Source: Chara braunii (Eukaryota > Plantae > Charophyceae). From it: a stretch of DNA of 64,000 bases. The stretch's first letter is position 1. Each line of letters starts with the position of its first letter. The notes beneath the pieces were generated by a model. That model did not search any database. It saw only the letters and a program-made list of their open reading frames with translations, and had not been told where the DNA came from. This document shows, in pieces, positions 1 through 11,534 of this stretch. Both the position numbers and the translations under genes were made by a program. The DNA lies in the NCBI GenBank assembly GCA_003427395.1, contig BFEA01000025.1:5201308-5265307 (forward strand), written 5' to 3'.

Positions 1-158
1 AACAGGCTGGGGCCTGTAGGCCCTGTCAGAAGGAAGCTTCCAGGCAAGAGCCTGGAAGTTTCCCTGTAGGGAAACAGGCTGGGGCATGTAGGCCCTGTCA
101 GAAGGAAGCTTCCAGGCAAGAGCCTGGAAGTTTCCCTGTAGGGAAATAGGTTGGGGCC
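1..158. repeat. 72-bp tandem repeat, about 2.2 copies (may extend left of the window)
   Basis: Unit AACAGGCTGGGGCCTGTAGGCCCTGTCAGAAGGAAGCTTCCAGGCAAGAGCCTGGAAGTTTCCCTGTAGGGA starts at 1 and 73, with a degenerate start at 145. Confidence 0.9.
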
Positions 159-664
159 TATACAGCATGTAACACTGGGCTGGGCCTGTGCCCAGAAGCT
201 TCCGGTAGGCCCCATGAGGCTGTGCCTTGTTGCAGCTGCTGGGCCTTGTTTGGTTGGGCCTCCCAACTGTCTGTGTATGATGCTGCGATTCTGGCCCAGG
301 GCCTGCATGTCCGAAAGGGCCTGGAAGGCCGTGGAATATCTTTGCTGCTCGGGCCTGTGTTTCCCTCAACCAACTGGCGCGTCACAACTGCCTGGACCCC
401 AAATACGAAATTGACAGCAATGGGCCTCTCGAGATTTGCTAGGCCCGCCTTCACTTAGGGCGGGCACATCTGTATTCAGGGCCCCTTAGGCCTGCCGAGG
501 ACCCAGATCCCCGCACTGGGCTAATTTGATTTGGAGTCATGGCAGTGAGAGAAGCAACATGGGGTCATTTGCTAAGGACAAAGGCTCAAAGATCCAGAAG
601 CCACTAATTGTTAACTTGTTAGTGCTTTTTTGTTTCTAAGTGGGAGTTAAGTTTAGTGTCTAAT

Positions 665-683
665 CGTCCTTCGGGACATCTGT

Positions 684-715
<32 letters not shown>

Positions 716-772
716 GGCCCCTGCACAAGGATGACACACATAAATCAAGAAATGGTCCAAATTCTTTAAAAA
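665..772 (+). pseudogene. U6: Full-length U6 snRNA retrocopy (processed pseudogene)
   Basis: GTCCTTCGGGACATCTGTTAAAATTGGAACGATACAGAGAAGATTAGCATGGCCCCTGCACAAGGATGACACACATAAATCAAGAAATGGTCCAAATTCTTT matches plant U6 including the ACAGAGA box. It is followed by a short A tail and flanked by the 16-bp direct repeat AAGTTTAGTGTCTAAT (649-664, 773-788). Several differences are CpG transitions. Confidence 0.93.
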
Positions 773-794
773 AAGTTTAGTGTCTAATTATACG

Positions 795-903
795 GCCGAT
801 GTAGCAGAATCCGAGTGGCAACGGCAGATAGCGAGGGTTTGCGACGGGCGAAATGCTGAATCGCCATCGCTTCCAGTTTTTCTTTTATGAAACTAAGAAA
901 GAA
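795..903 (+). mobile_element. Short retroposed insert of unknown origin with 16-bp TSD
   Basis: AGTGTCTAATTATACG at 779-794 and 904-919 flanks 109 bp ending in A-rich AAGAAAGAA. Confidence 0.6.
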
Positions 904-1649
904 AGTGTCTAATTATACGCTTGCAGGCCACTGCAAGAAACCACACAACGAGATCACCAATTTTCAAGAATGCAAAATCTCACAGAAGACCAAACATGAT
1001 CGAGCCGAGTTGAACGCAGAATACCAAAGCGGAACACCAATTAGGAGCAAAAAGAACACCCAAAAGTCTCTTGATAGAGAAACCCTGACTTCTTGCCTCC
1101 AATTATGAATGCAACAACAAGGTAGTTGCCCTACTGCGGTATGACTGACCTACTCTACCTCCTACTACCTCTACTCCTGCTAGCCTCTACCACCTCACTC
1201 TCTGTCCATGTGTCGATCGCCAAATGCTGCTTGAAGACTATGCTCACACAATCTTGCTCCGCCAACACCAGGTGAAAACCACCAGTCCCCACTGCCTTCC
1301 CTTTTCCTGACCCCCCACTCTTCCCTGCACCCAGCTGTGGCTGGCGCTCACAGTCAACACAGTTGCTCTTCTCCTTGGCCACTGCTCTCCTGGATGCTGC
1401 ACAACAGCGCTGACACCTTGCAGAATCTGCCAAACCTGGTGGCCTCCAGTCTTTTGTCTTCTTGTGGAGGCAGCATCCAGACCCAGTAGGCAGTGCGCGC
1501 GGCCTGCTGGGGCTGTCTGCAGGTCCCAGCTGCTGTAAATAACTCACAGGCTGGACTTACGGGTTAATTACAGGAGCTGGCACCTGTGGCCAGAACCAAA
1601 GGACCCCTTGCTGCCCTTCACTCAGGGCCAGTGACAATTTCTCAGGCCC

Positions 1650-3050
1650 ACCTTCACTTAGAGTTGGCTTCCCCTCATTTCCAGCGGCAGACAGAGGCTG
1701 TGCAGGCCTGGAGCCTCGCGCTCCCACACCCCCTTTGGTTTAAAAGTTGCCTGAGAACCACTTTCCTCCTGCCATTGCTTTCCCTTCGGGGGCCTGTCGT
1801 AGTGCCAAACAATCGGGGGTGCAGATTTCATCAGTTCCTCTCTCATGCACCACCGGTCCTCTTTTGGATCCAGGTGGTATATGAAAGCCACTCTGGACTG
1901 CATTTGTGGCTTTGTTGGTCTTCCCCTTCCTGGAGGCTTTGGGCACCAGCATCACTTTATGCTCCACAATACAGTCCATGCCGACGTGCCCATCCATGGA
2001 AGGGGGCAGCATCGATCATCGTGTGGGAAACAGATCAGTTCCGGAGAAAGGGAGGAGTGTGGAAGCATGGAATACGGAGTAAGTGCGGAGATGAGGAGGG
2101 ACATCTATCGTGTAGAATGAGCCATCAGGATCGTTCCCTACAATGTGTATGACAGTCGAGGGAATGAAATACTGTGGCATTAAGTTGCGTGAGATGTCCT
2201 GTTCCGCTGTGAACTCAGATGACTTAACCCATGCCCTATCACCCACCTGGAATGTCGGCATCCGTCTATGATTTTCTGATCCTATCATTGCCCGTTGCGC
2301 CGTCCGCTACTGTTTCCTGCAGCTTCTTCTTGTACTCTCAAGGGCTTACTCTATACTTCCAGGTGCTGCAGCAGACTTAGGAAGTCCGGTGGTGTCCTAG
2401 GTTCCGATCCCAAGTGAAGCTGGTTAGGTGTGAAACCTTTAGCTGAGTGGACAGCATTATTATAAAGACACTTTAAGACAGGCAATTTTTGGCAGCTTAT
2501 CATCCCAATCAAGTCGATTAGGTGTAATGTGGTGCCTAAACAGCTGCTGCACAAACCTGTTCAAATGTTCAGCTTGGCTGTTTGCTTCGGGGTAATTGCC
2601 TGATGCCATCTTTACCTCTGGCAGGCATAGTTCGCTTGTAAAATGCACATCTTTGTTGCTTACTATGGCTTTTGGCAGTCCAAAATCCTTAACCCAGTGA
2701 TTGGCAAATTTGGAGATAACGAACTCTGTCTTAGCGGTATGAAGCGTGCAAATTTTGAAAACGTATCACAATTACAAAACTAATAAGATATGCTTGATTC
2801 CTTTCCTGCTGGTTATGAGTGTGTCTATGGCGTCCATGGCCAGAGAATGACCAGGAAGCGGGCTTGAGTAAGCCGAGGAGTGTGCGCGAGGCTTGTCTCT
2901 CTGACAAACCTGACAACTCTCAACAGACATTTGAGCATCCCTCTTTATACTGGGCGACCAGAAACGCCGCAACAGATCAGCATGTCTTCTTGAACCCAAA
3001 GTGGCCTGTGGCATCATTGCATTCTCCTAAGAATAGGCTCTGTAGAGGCT
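1650..3050 (-). mobile_element. Degenerate Ty3/gypsy fragment: integrase and chromodomain-like C-terminus
   Basis: Broken ORFs give RRFWSPSIKRDAQMSVESCQVCQ (integrase zinc finger), YPEANSQAEHLNRFVQQ (core), FQVGDRAWVKS...VFHAS (C-terminal) and EDRWCMREELMKSAPPIV. These are homologous to pol of the element at 20.5-29.4 kb. Confidence 0.85.
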
Positions 3051-3051
3051 C

Positions 3052-3430
3052 CTTTTTTATTTTATTTTTTTAAACACACCCCCTGCAGTGCAAGTGCTGC
3101 TGATAAGAGCAGGCATCACTAGCACCCGGGGAGAGGCTCCATCTATTGGTGGGGAGCGTCACCTGCTGGAAAATGGGTCCAGCGTCCCTTACCCAGAATG
3201 AATCAAGAGAATGTCAGGAAATATGACTGAGAAGGACGCCTGCCAGCATTGATTACTCTGTCCCCAGAGGATTGACTGTGCAGGTTGTTGGGAAAAAGGG
3301 GATAAACCTCTTCGCCCTGTACCAGGCGCCAGATTACTACTGCTGAGAGACTAGTTCCTCCCTCTCCCAACTACCTTTTACCCAAAAAACTTTACCCCCT
3401 CATCCCGCACTATCAATCCCTCTGTTTCAC
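3052..3430 (-). mobile_element. 5'-truncated LINE 3' end (UTR plus poly(A))
   Basis: Poly(T) at 3053-3071. It shares GGGTCCAGCGTCCC and CAGCATTGA with the adjacent LINE 3'UTR and carries the TGACGCTCCCC...GGAGC terminal motif of other LINEs here. Confidence 0.6.
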
Positions 3431-3432
3431 TC

Positions 3433-6400
3433 TTTTTTTTTTTTTGGAAACCGGGTCCAGCGTCCCATTATACATGAAAGGCACAGATTGCTTAGGATAC
3501 TCAGACTGCCAGCATTGACTACCCCAAGCAAAAGAACGGGGGGTTAACTGAGCAGCAAATAAGAGACATATATGTACATCAGCGGCGTCCTCCCCAGGGG
3601 GCTCCAGGGATGAGTTCCATATGTGGGCATCTATAGGTGTAAAGAATTGTACATAATTACTGTACATAATTATGTATATGTATGTGTGTATGCAGATGTA
3701 TGTGGATGTAACGGAGACCGGGTTAAGAATTTAACGTTCAGGACAGAATCTCTGCCAGAGAAAGGGCATGAGGTGGGAAGGGGTCTGGGAAGTCCGAGGG
3801 AGGGCGTAGTGGGAACGAGGGTTCTATGCTTGTCCAGTCTTTGAAAACTAGACTATAGTCTCTCATTTCTTCGAAATCCCGCAGTCCCTCTCCCCTATCT
3901 CCACTCCATTCTACTTTTGCAATCCATCCTTAATCCATCCTTCTCTCTCCCCTCCTACCCAGTCTGTGCAAAATGCTGTAATCCGTCTCCTAACATCTCC
4001 AATTTGTCTAAGAAGGTCTAATTGTGATTTTGTGTCTGACCATCTTTGTGTGAGTTCAAGATGCACCTGCTGCTGAATCTGTTCTGTAATCTCTAACCCC
4101 TCCACTCTTACCTTCTCCATGTCCAGGGTGCACCTCTGCCACCAAAGTGCCCATATCACCGCCCTCCTTCCCAATCTGTACATATTTTCTACGAAGGTCG
4201 TGGCTGTTCCTGCCAACGGCCAATGCCCAACCAATATGGCTTGCCATGACCAGGGCCAGGGGATGTCAAATTCCATTTTCCGCCATATGCGGTCCCACCA
4301 TCTCCATATGAATTGGGCAATCGGGCATTGCATGAAAATATGTTGAATGGTATCCGCCTTCTTATGGAAAGGGAAAAGACTCTGGCACCGCTGGCACCAT
4401 GGAAGCAGCAAACCTCTTTGTTCGAGGTTAGTACGGTCAGTCAACCAGTCGTTGGTTGGCAAACAACTGTGGGCAATCTGCCACTGTAGGGAGGTGATTT
4501 TCATGGGCTTAGATTTTTGTTCCTTTAACCATTGGATCGACAGGAGGGTGCGGTCCACATTGAGGTGTCTAGCCCATCTATCGTTAATCGCGTCTCTCAA
4601 ATGCCGTTTAGGTCTGAGCATTTTGTAGGCTGATTTGACCGACAACTGGTGCAGGCTAATTTGACCTACTTTGGGGGCTCCTCTCTTTTGGGGGGGATTC
4701 CATGTCCATTCTACCGGGTCCAGAGCCAGAGCCTGGATTGGTTTGAATGACTGGAACACCACCCTCTGTCCCTTCTCCTCTATAAATCTCACTCGGTGCA
4801 CTGCTGCTTTCTCTTTCCATTCGAAGGGTGCTCTATTCCCTTGGAGGGTGCCCAATTTGGTGATAGTGTAGTGTTCGATCAGGACTGTTTGGGGTGAGAC
4901 CATATGTATCTGGCCAATCCTCAGCGGGGTCTCTGTGCTTGCCACCAATCGCCTATTCTCAAGGTGGGGCCACGTTTACGAACTCGGTACCACTCCAGTG
5001 GGATGGCTTCAATAAGGTCATCCAAAAGCTCCTCTACATAATGGCAGTACCTTAGGGTTTCCTGCAATTGGTCTCCTGTTCTCCAGTCCTGTCTCTTGTT
5101 GTCCTAGAGATCCCCGACCCTAAGTACACCACGTTTAACCCAGTTTTTCCAGGGAAGGGATGAGCTTGTCATGATGCAACCTCTCAAATCTGTTACCCAT
5201 CGATTTCCAAAGAGGGGTTGTTGGTAGACTTCCTCCCAACGGTTGGGGTGGGTCCTGTTTGGGAGTGGAAGTTTACGCCAGGTTTCCAATAGAGATGGCC
5301 AAAAGTTGTCCATTGTTTGACCCCCGCCATCCAGCCCCTCCCTTCCTTGTGGGAGCTTACGTGGGATCGTCCAGAATCGGTCCTCCAGCCATGTCAACGG
5401 GTGGATTGTATGGGGGGTTGTCGGGGCCAGCCGGGCCAAATGTTCCAGAGCTAAAACACACCACGGGCTCTGGGGGCCGAAAATGAGCTTTTTAATCCAT
5501 TTTTACCGTAGTGCTTGCACCTGCGTGACTGGGTCAGTTATTCCCAGGCCTCCCCCCGCCTTAGGCTGGATAATTGAATCCCACGCCACTCGGCTAATTA
5601 CATTGGTCTGCTCGCCATCCCCCCTCCATAGGAAAGCCACTGCCTTTTTCCTTAAGCTCCTCAGGGGCGCTTTGCTCAATGGACACAGTAAAGACTTGTA
5701 CCATAATGTTGCAAATATTATGTTGTTAAGTACTAGTGTGCGGCCGAACAGGGGTGTGTGCTTGTTTCTCCAGTTGTTTAATTTATGCTGAGCCGGGGCA
5801 CTGATCCATTCGTCGTTGATTGGTGGTCATCCCTCCGTAGTCGTGGATACCCCTAGGATTCTTACTGGGGTCTCTAACGACATCCATGTAATGCGTGGTG
5901 ACTCTGGAGGGCGTCCCCCTTGATAGTGAATCCACCATCCTTGTGTCTTGGACCCCCAATTGACTGTCATGTCAGAAACCCTGACAAACTTTTCCATCAT
6001 TTGTTGAATTTCCTCCATGTTGCGGTGTGCGGCCTCTGCCATTATTGTGAGATCATCTGCAAATAGGGAGCACACCGGGATTGTGTCCTCCGGAATGCAT
6101 GTGACTCGGATTTTAGTAATATTTTTGTTTGCCCGAAGGTTGGCAGCTAGTGCCTCCATAATGACTAGGAAAAGGAAGGGGGCAATTGGGTCCCCCTGGC
6201 GGACCGACCGCTCTAAGTGTAGGGGCGGCACAAGGCATCCATTGACTTGGACGCATGTGGTTGCATTTTGGTGTAGGATTTGTATCCAGTGCCTGAAGTC
6301 CGGCCCAAAGTTAAATTTTTCCAGACATTTGTCCAGAAACAACCAGTCCACGTGATCATAGGCCTTTTCGAAGTCGATGAAAATTGAGGCTGCGTTTTGA

Positions 6401-7495
6401 CGAGAGTGTCTCGTGAGCTGGAGTATCTCATGCATCAACATGATGTTTTCTTGTATGTTCCTATTCTCCATGAAACCGGTTTGGGAGGGATGGATGATGT
6501 CTTCCGTTACTGGGATCATTCTGTTTGCTAAGGCTTTAAACAACATTTTGTACACTACTGTGAGGAGTGTTATTGGGCGGTAATTTCTGATATCCATCTT
6601 ATCCCCTTTTTTATATAGAAGGGTTAGTATCCCTCGCCCTACCCTTTCTCCCATCTCACCTGTGAGCCATACTTCATTGTAGAAGTCCATAACATCCTGG
6701 CTAAAAAAATCTCCTGTGGTTTCCCATAACTCCTTAGGGAAGCGGTCAATCCCTAGTGCCTTCTCCTCCTTCATTTGTAGGAGGGCGGTCCATATCTCTT
6801 GTTTAGAGAGTGGGGCCTCTAAGGATTCGCATTGTTCAGGTGTCAATGTTTTGTTTACCGCTTCCAAAAAATATTTTATTAGGTGATCGTAATATGGCGC
6901 ATCCGGCTTGTCCACATGAGAGGAAAACAAATCTTTGTAGAAATCGTATGTTATCTTAGTGCAACGGGGTATGGTCACGGTCGGGGCCAATTTCCTGACT
7001 TTCGGTTCGTAAAGTGCCTCGATCATGGTCCCTTGGATTCGTGTTCTGGCCAGGCTGAAGAAGTGAGAGTCCATCGCTCCTTCAGTGTAGAACCTGGATA
7101 GCCTTGCCCTTGTTTGGGCTCCCTGCCATTGATACTGTGCGTGCTTCAAAAGTTGGTCCTTCAAATCTTGTATGCGAGTTTGTAGTTCAAAGGTCCTTTG
7201 TTCCTACCCTTGCGAGTTTTGCTTCCGTTCTGTGTCCACAAGACTTTGCATAATCGTGATTTCTTGCTGGTATCGCTGTGCAACTAAATATTTGGAATAT
7301 TCTTTGCATTTTTTAGCCATAAAAAATGGTCCGTTGTTAAACCATGCGATTTGCGTTTTTTGTTGAGGGCGGTAGCCTTTGCAGAAGTCCCAAGCCTGCT
7401 GCAGCTATTTCTGGAAGGATTTTGATGGAAGCAGGGAGGTACTGAGTTTATAGTAGCTGGACTAATAGGCACATGGAGTCTTTCCTTCTCCCATC
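3433..7495 (-). mobile_element. 5'-truncated L1/Tx1-like LINE (ORF2 RT and C-terminal zinc finger), disrupted
   Basis: ORF 5827-7164 has YKKGD..NYRPITLL, IDFEKAYDHVDW, SVRQGDP and FADD. ORF 3911-4948 has CQRC...HIFMQC (zf-RVT). Poly(T) at 3433-3445. Stops and frameshifts lie between the ORFs. Confidence 0.93.
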
Positions 7496-7496
7496 C

Positions 7497-7558
<62 letters not shown>

Positions 7559-8296
7559 TCCGGTCTTGCTAGCTCTCTGTCTTGGCAGATTTGAGCGGCT
7601 GGGATCAGACTCGTACTAGCGAGCTATTCTCTCTTTTTGTGGTTGGATATGTCTTGTTGGTTTTGTTGATTATACATGGCCTAATTCATTGCCCTGCTTT
7701 AGCGCATGGGCTGTTTGGATGTTTCCGGGTGGCCACGAGTTCTGTTTGGGGGGAATGTATGTTTTGTGGGCCGGCATGGAAGCCTTTCCCAGTTTTTTTC
7801 GGACCCTTAGCAGGGGGGGTCGGTACGTTCCTGCTGGAGGAGTCTTCTATGTTAGGTAAGTTGTCTCTTATCTTCCTCCTCTTTGGCAGTGACGCGATTG
7901 TGTAGTTTGAGATGAATGTCGGGAATGCCAATGCTGTTATATTTATTTGTTGTTGATAAATGAGTTTTTGGTTTTGTGGGCCGATGCGGAAGGCTCTCCA
8001 AGTTTTTTCGGATCTTTGAGGGGGTTGGGTCGGTGCCCTCTTGCTGCAGTAGTCTTCTGCCTTAGGTAAGTTGCCTTCCACCCTCCATCCCCTTATGGTT
8101 TGGAATATATATATTTATACATATGTATATGTGCAAGTGTGCCACTTTGGCGGCAGACGGGTGTGTGGGCACTTGGCGCTGAACCACACAAATGTGGCCA
8201 ACCTTGCATTTTCTATTATATTGCCTGTCGATACTTTTTCGTTATGGATGGCTTGTGATGATCTGTGAAGGTAATGAGAGAGAGAATCTGGGGTCT

Positions 8297-8327
<31 letters not shown>

Positions 8328-9024
8328 ACACCCCGAGAGAGAGAGAGANNNNNNNNNNNNNNNNNNNNNNNNNNNNNNNNNNNNNNNNNNNNNNNNNNNN
8401 NNNNNNNNNNNNNNNNNNNNNNNNNNNNNNNNNNNNNNNNNNNNNNNNNNNNNNNNNNNNNNNNNNNNNNNNNNNNNNNNNNNNNNNNNNNNNNNNNNNN
8501 NNNNNNNNNNNNNNNNNNNNNNNNNNNNNNNNNNNNNNNNNNNNNNNNNNNNNNNNNNNNNNNNNNNNNNNNNNNNNNNNNNNNNNNNNNNNNNNNNNNN
8601 NNNNNNNNNNNNNNNNNNNNNNNNNNNNNNNNNNNNNNNNNNNNNNNNNNNNNNNNNNNNNNNNNNNNNNNNNNNNNNNNNNNNNNNNNNNNNNNNNNNN
8701 NNNNNNNNNNNNNNNNNNNNNNNNNNNNNNNNNNNNNNNNNNNNNNNNNNNNNNNNNNNNNNNNNNNNNNNNNNNNNNNNNNNNNNNNNNNNNNNNNNNN
8801 NNNNNNNNNNNNNNNNNNNNNNNNNNNNNNNNNNNNNNNNNNNNNNNNNNNNNNNNNNNNNNNNNNNNNNNNNNNNNNNNNNNNNNNNNNNNNNNNNNNN
8901 NNNNNNNNNNNNNNNNNNNNNNNNNNNNNNNNNNNNNNNNNNNNNNNNNNNNNNNNNNNNNNNNNNNNNNNNNNNNNNNNNNNNNNNNNNNNNNNNNNNN
9001 NNNNNNNNNNNNNNNNNNNNNNNN

Positions 9025-9096
<72 letters not shown>

Positions 9097-9684
9097 AAGG
9101 CACCGTGTGACCCTTCTGCACCCTGCGCATCTTACTGGTCATAGCGAGATCCGTCAGGTCTCCACCGGTGAGCTCCATAGGAATATTTGACATCATTCGC
9201 TAAATTCTGTTGCTAACTTGCTAGTAAAGCAAATGGGTATGTACGAGCCTCTTCAGCGCTACCACGCACTTGTCTGCTGCCATGGCTACCAATCCATCCT
9301 CATCATGAGTGCATCAAGGCCAGAATGATAGCTTGTATACATTATTGATCAGGGTGCATTGGGGTTGGGGGGGGGGGGGGGTAGGGAAGAAGATGGTAGA
9401 GGTCATTGTTCCTGACAATGATCGAAAACCTTCTTTTGAGTTTAAAAACTTCTTTTTTCAGTTCTTTTTTTTTATAGTATGCGTATTCTTTCGGTGAGCA
9501 TCTCACAGTCGAGCAGAGTACACAGGTGTTCTGGATCCACTTTTGTCCTTTTTTTTTTTGTGTTAACATCTGGTTGCATCTGGGTAGTCGAAATCATTTG
9601 CATGACGATGTATATGATGTCTAATGTGGTTGAATTTCATGACAAGACTACTTGAGTGTGGTTCCCACTCTGTTCTACTGCATC

Positions 9685-9743
9685 TGGATTCGAACTCAGG
9701 TCTGTATATCGACAGTTCATGGGTGTGCGAACTGAGCTAGTCC
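9685..9743 (-). mobile_element. tRNA-derived SINE head (degenerate)
   Basis: The minus strand reads A-box TAGCTCAGTTCG and B-box GAGTTCGAATCC at tRNA-like spacing, without a full cloverleaf. A second B-box GGTTCGATTCC lies on + at about 9758. Confidence 0.45.
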
Positions 9744-9906
9744 ATCAGCAGGTTGCAGGTTCGATTCCTGGAGTGGGCAATTTCGTTTCATTCAAGAGAT
9801 TGGACTTGAACGTGGAAGGTAATGGATGGAATGAGTCATCTTTTTGTCGTGTTCTAGCTCTGGACCCTTATACTTCGATGATACCCTGTTTTACTGCAAT
9901 GAACAG

Positions 9907-10193
9907 ATCTATTGGCCAATGGTTTTGGATGAACTACAAGTCTCCTTCCACGTGGAGCCAAGACAGATACTTGATGCTGCTCCTTTAGGCAGAATCCCCG
10001 GTGGTATGGGTATGCACAATACACCCCCCTTGGACAAACATCTTGGTGGTGTTTGGCTGCCTGGGGCTATGCTCAATGCTGCAGAGTGTTGCTTGATGAA
10101 CGGCTCAGATGATCGCACAGCAATCGTCTGGCAGGATGAAGGGAGAGAGAACTTGCATAAAATGTCGCTGGCAGAGCTTCGCTCGCAGTGCAG
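9907..10193 (+). CDS. AAE17: Acyl-activating enzyme 17/18-like (AMP-binding family), internal exon
   Basis: AG/GT bounded. Encodes IYWPMVLDELQVSF...GGVWLPGAMLNAAECCL...AIVWQDEG...MSLAELR. Ends in phase 2, compatible with the next exon. Confidence 0.88.
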
Positions 10194-10629
10194 GTCAGTG
10201 GGAAGGATGTGCTGAGCCTTCCTTTCAACGGAAACCTTTCCCGTTGCCTACCTCTGTTTGTCTTCTCTTCTTCTTCTTTTTGGCCATTTCTTGTTCTTGC
10301 TGTGTGCCTACACCACCTCCTATTTCGCTTTATGTATGTATGACAGGTAGTCATTACACTTCGGGCACAATTTTCCGCGCTTTGTGATTACTCCATCTCC
10401 ACCGGCCTCAAATACTGAGAAGTATTCTCTCCCTCCTCCTTTCCTCCCTTCCTATAGAAAGAAGTTTGGAAGAGAAGGCAAGAATGCAATGCTAGTTGCT
10501 ACCGTGGCACCATTTCTTACCCTTTTTCTCTCTCCCCAGGTGTCGGCAGAATACGAATATGAGTTGCTCCCCATTCAAATTCTCCTGTTCCCCTGCCTCT
10601 TGTCCCCTCTTTCCTGATCTCTTCTGTCC

Positions 10630-10667
10630 CTGTCTCTTATACACATCTAGATGTGTATAAGAGACAG
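10630..10667. other. Nextera mate-pair junction adapter (assembly artefact)
   Basis: Exact CTGTCTCTTATACACATCT+AGATGTGTATAAGAGACAG (two Tn5 mosaic ends back to back) between two copies of an 81-bp segment. Confidence 0.98.
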
Positions 10668-10784
10668 GAATACGAATATGAGTTGCTCCCCATTCAAATT
10701 CTCCTGTTCCCCTGCCTCTTGTCCCCTCTTTCCTGATCTCTTCTGTCCTTCCCCTCCCTCCATCTCCCCCCCCTCTTCCTCCCT

Positions 10785-10815
<31 letters not shown>

Positions 10816-11138
10816 CCCCCCCCCCCCCCCCCCCCCCCAACCACCTCTCCTCCCATTTCTGATTCTTTTCTAGGCATCTTCTGGAAAAGGCTGGTAAGTA
10901 AGCCGTATGCTTAGTATGGGCAAAATGACATCATGAACGCTGGCGCTTGCATGAATGGACTACATGGATTGCTATGGAATACCTTTGCTTGGAAAGAAAT
11001 GAATGTTTTAATGAAATAAACTTTAATAAAGTGAATTCAATTGAATTCCTCATTGTGTAAAGAGAATCATCCAAGTGTGAAAATAAGTGAACAAGTGTTG
11101 GAATGACTCTTGTTTGCCTCTTGTTTGGCTTTGTTCAG

Positions 11139-11343
11139 CTCTGTGGCCTTTGCATTAAATGCAGCAGGTTTTCAGAAAGGAGATGCAGTTGCTATTAGCA
11201 TGCCCATGACAGTGCAATCAGTGGTCATATATCTTGGAGTCGTCCTTGCTGGGTGTGTAGTTGTGTCGATTCCAGACAGCCTCCCGGCTCACCAAATCGC
11301 AACACGTCTTAAGATCTCGGATGCGAAGGCCACATTCACTCAG
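11139..11343 (+). CDS. AAE17: AAE17/18-like exon
   Basis: AG/GT bounded, 205 nt (1+68 codons). Encodes [47 protein letters not shown]...[15 protein letters not shown]. Confidence 0.92.
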
Positions 11344-11434
11344 GTGGGTTATCAGCTTCTCACTTTTGCTCGACAAGCTCTGTCGACGTGAATCTGCACT
11401 CTCCGTGCTTTTTTTCCCGGGCACCATCTCCCCG

Positions 11435-11534
11435 GTCTTCACCCGAATAGAACATACGGTCGTTACAGCTGTATCTAGACTGAAGTTGGCCCAAATGCAG
11501 GTACAATTACTGCACGTTCTGTTCGGGTGAAGAC
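11435..11534. mobile_element. About 100-bp fold-back/MITE-like element
   Basis: Inverted arms GTCTTCACCCGAATAGAAC / GTTCTGTTCGGGTGAAGAC. A related inverted copy lies at about 41981-42083. Confidence 0.55.

Noticed and set aside
665-772. Functional U6 gene
   Set aside because: TSD, A tail, interrupted T terminator, CpG decay and no evident upstream promoter all indicate a retrocopy.
8192-9196. Long ORFs spanning N gaps and (GA)n/(CA)n/(GAA)n tracts (also at 14.4-15.4, 51-52.5 and 58.1-59.1 kb)
   Set aside because: They are open only because of Ns and stop-free microsatellites; they are not genes.
8130-9240. Possible upstream AAE exons (HTNVANL at about 8185; segment 9144-9237)
   Set aside because: Similarity is weak and there are in-frame stops, so exon calls cannot be supported.
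10630-10667. Tn5 mosaic ends as a real bacterial transposon or horizontal transfer
   Set aside because: This is the exact synthetic junction adapter, and no transposase is present.
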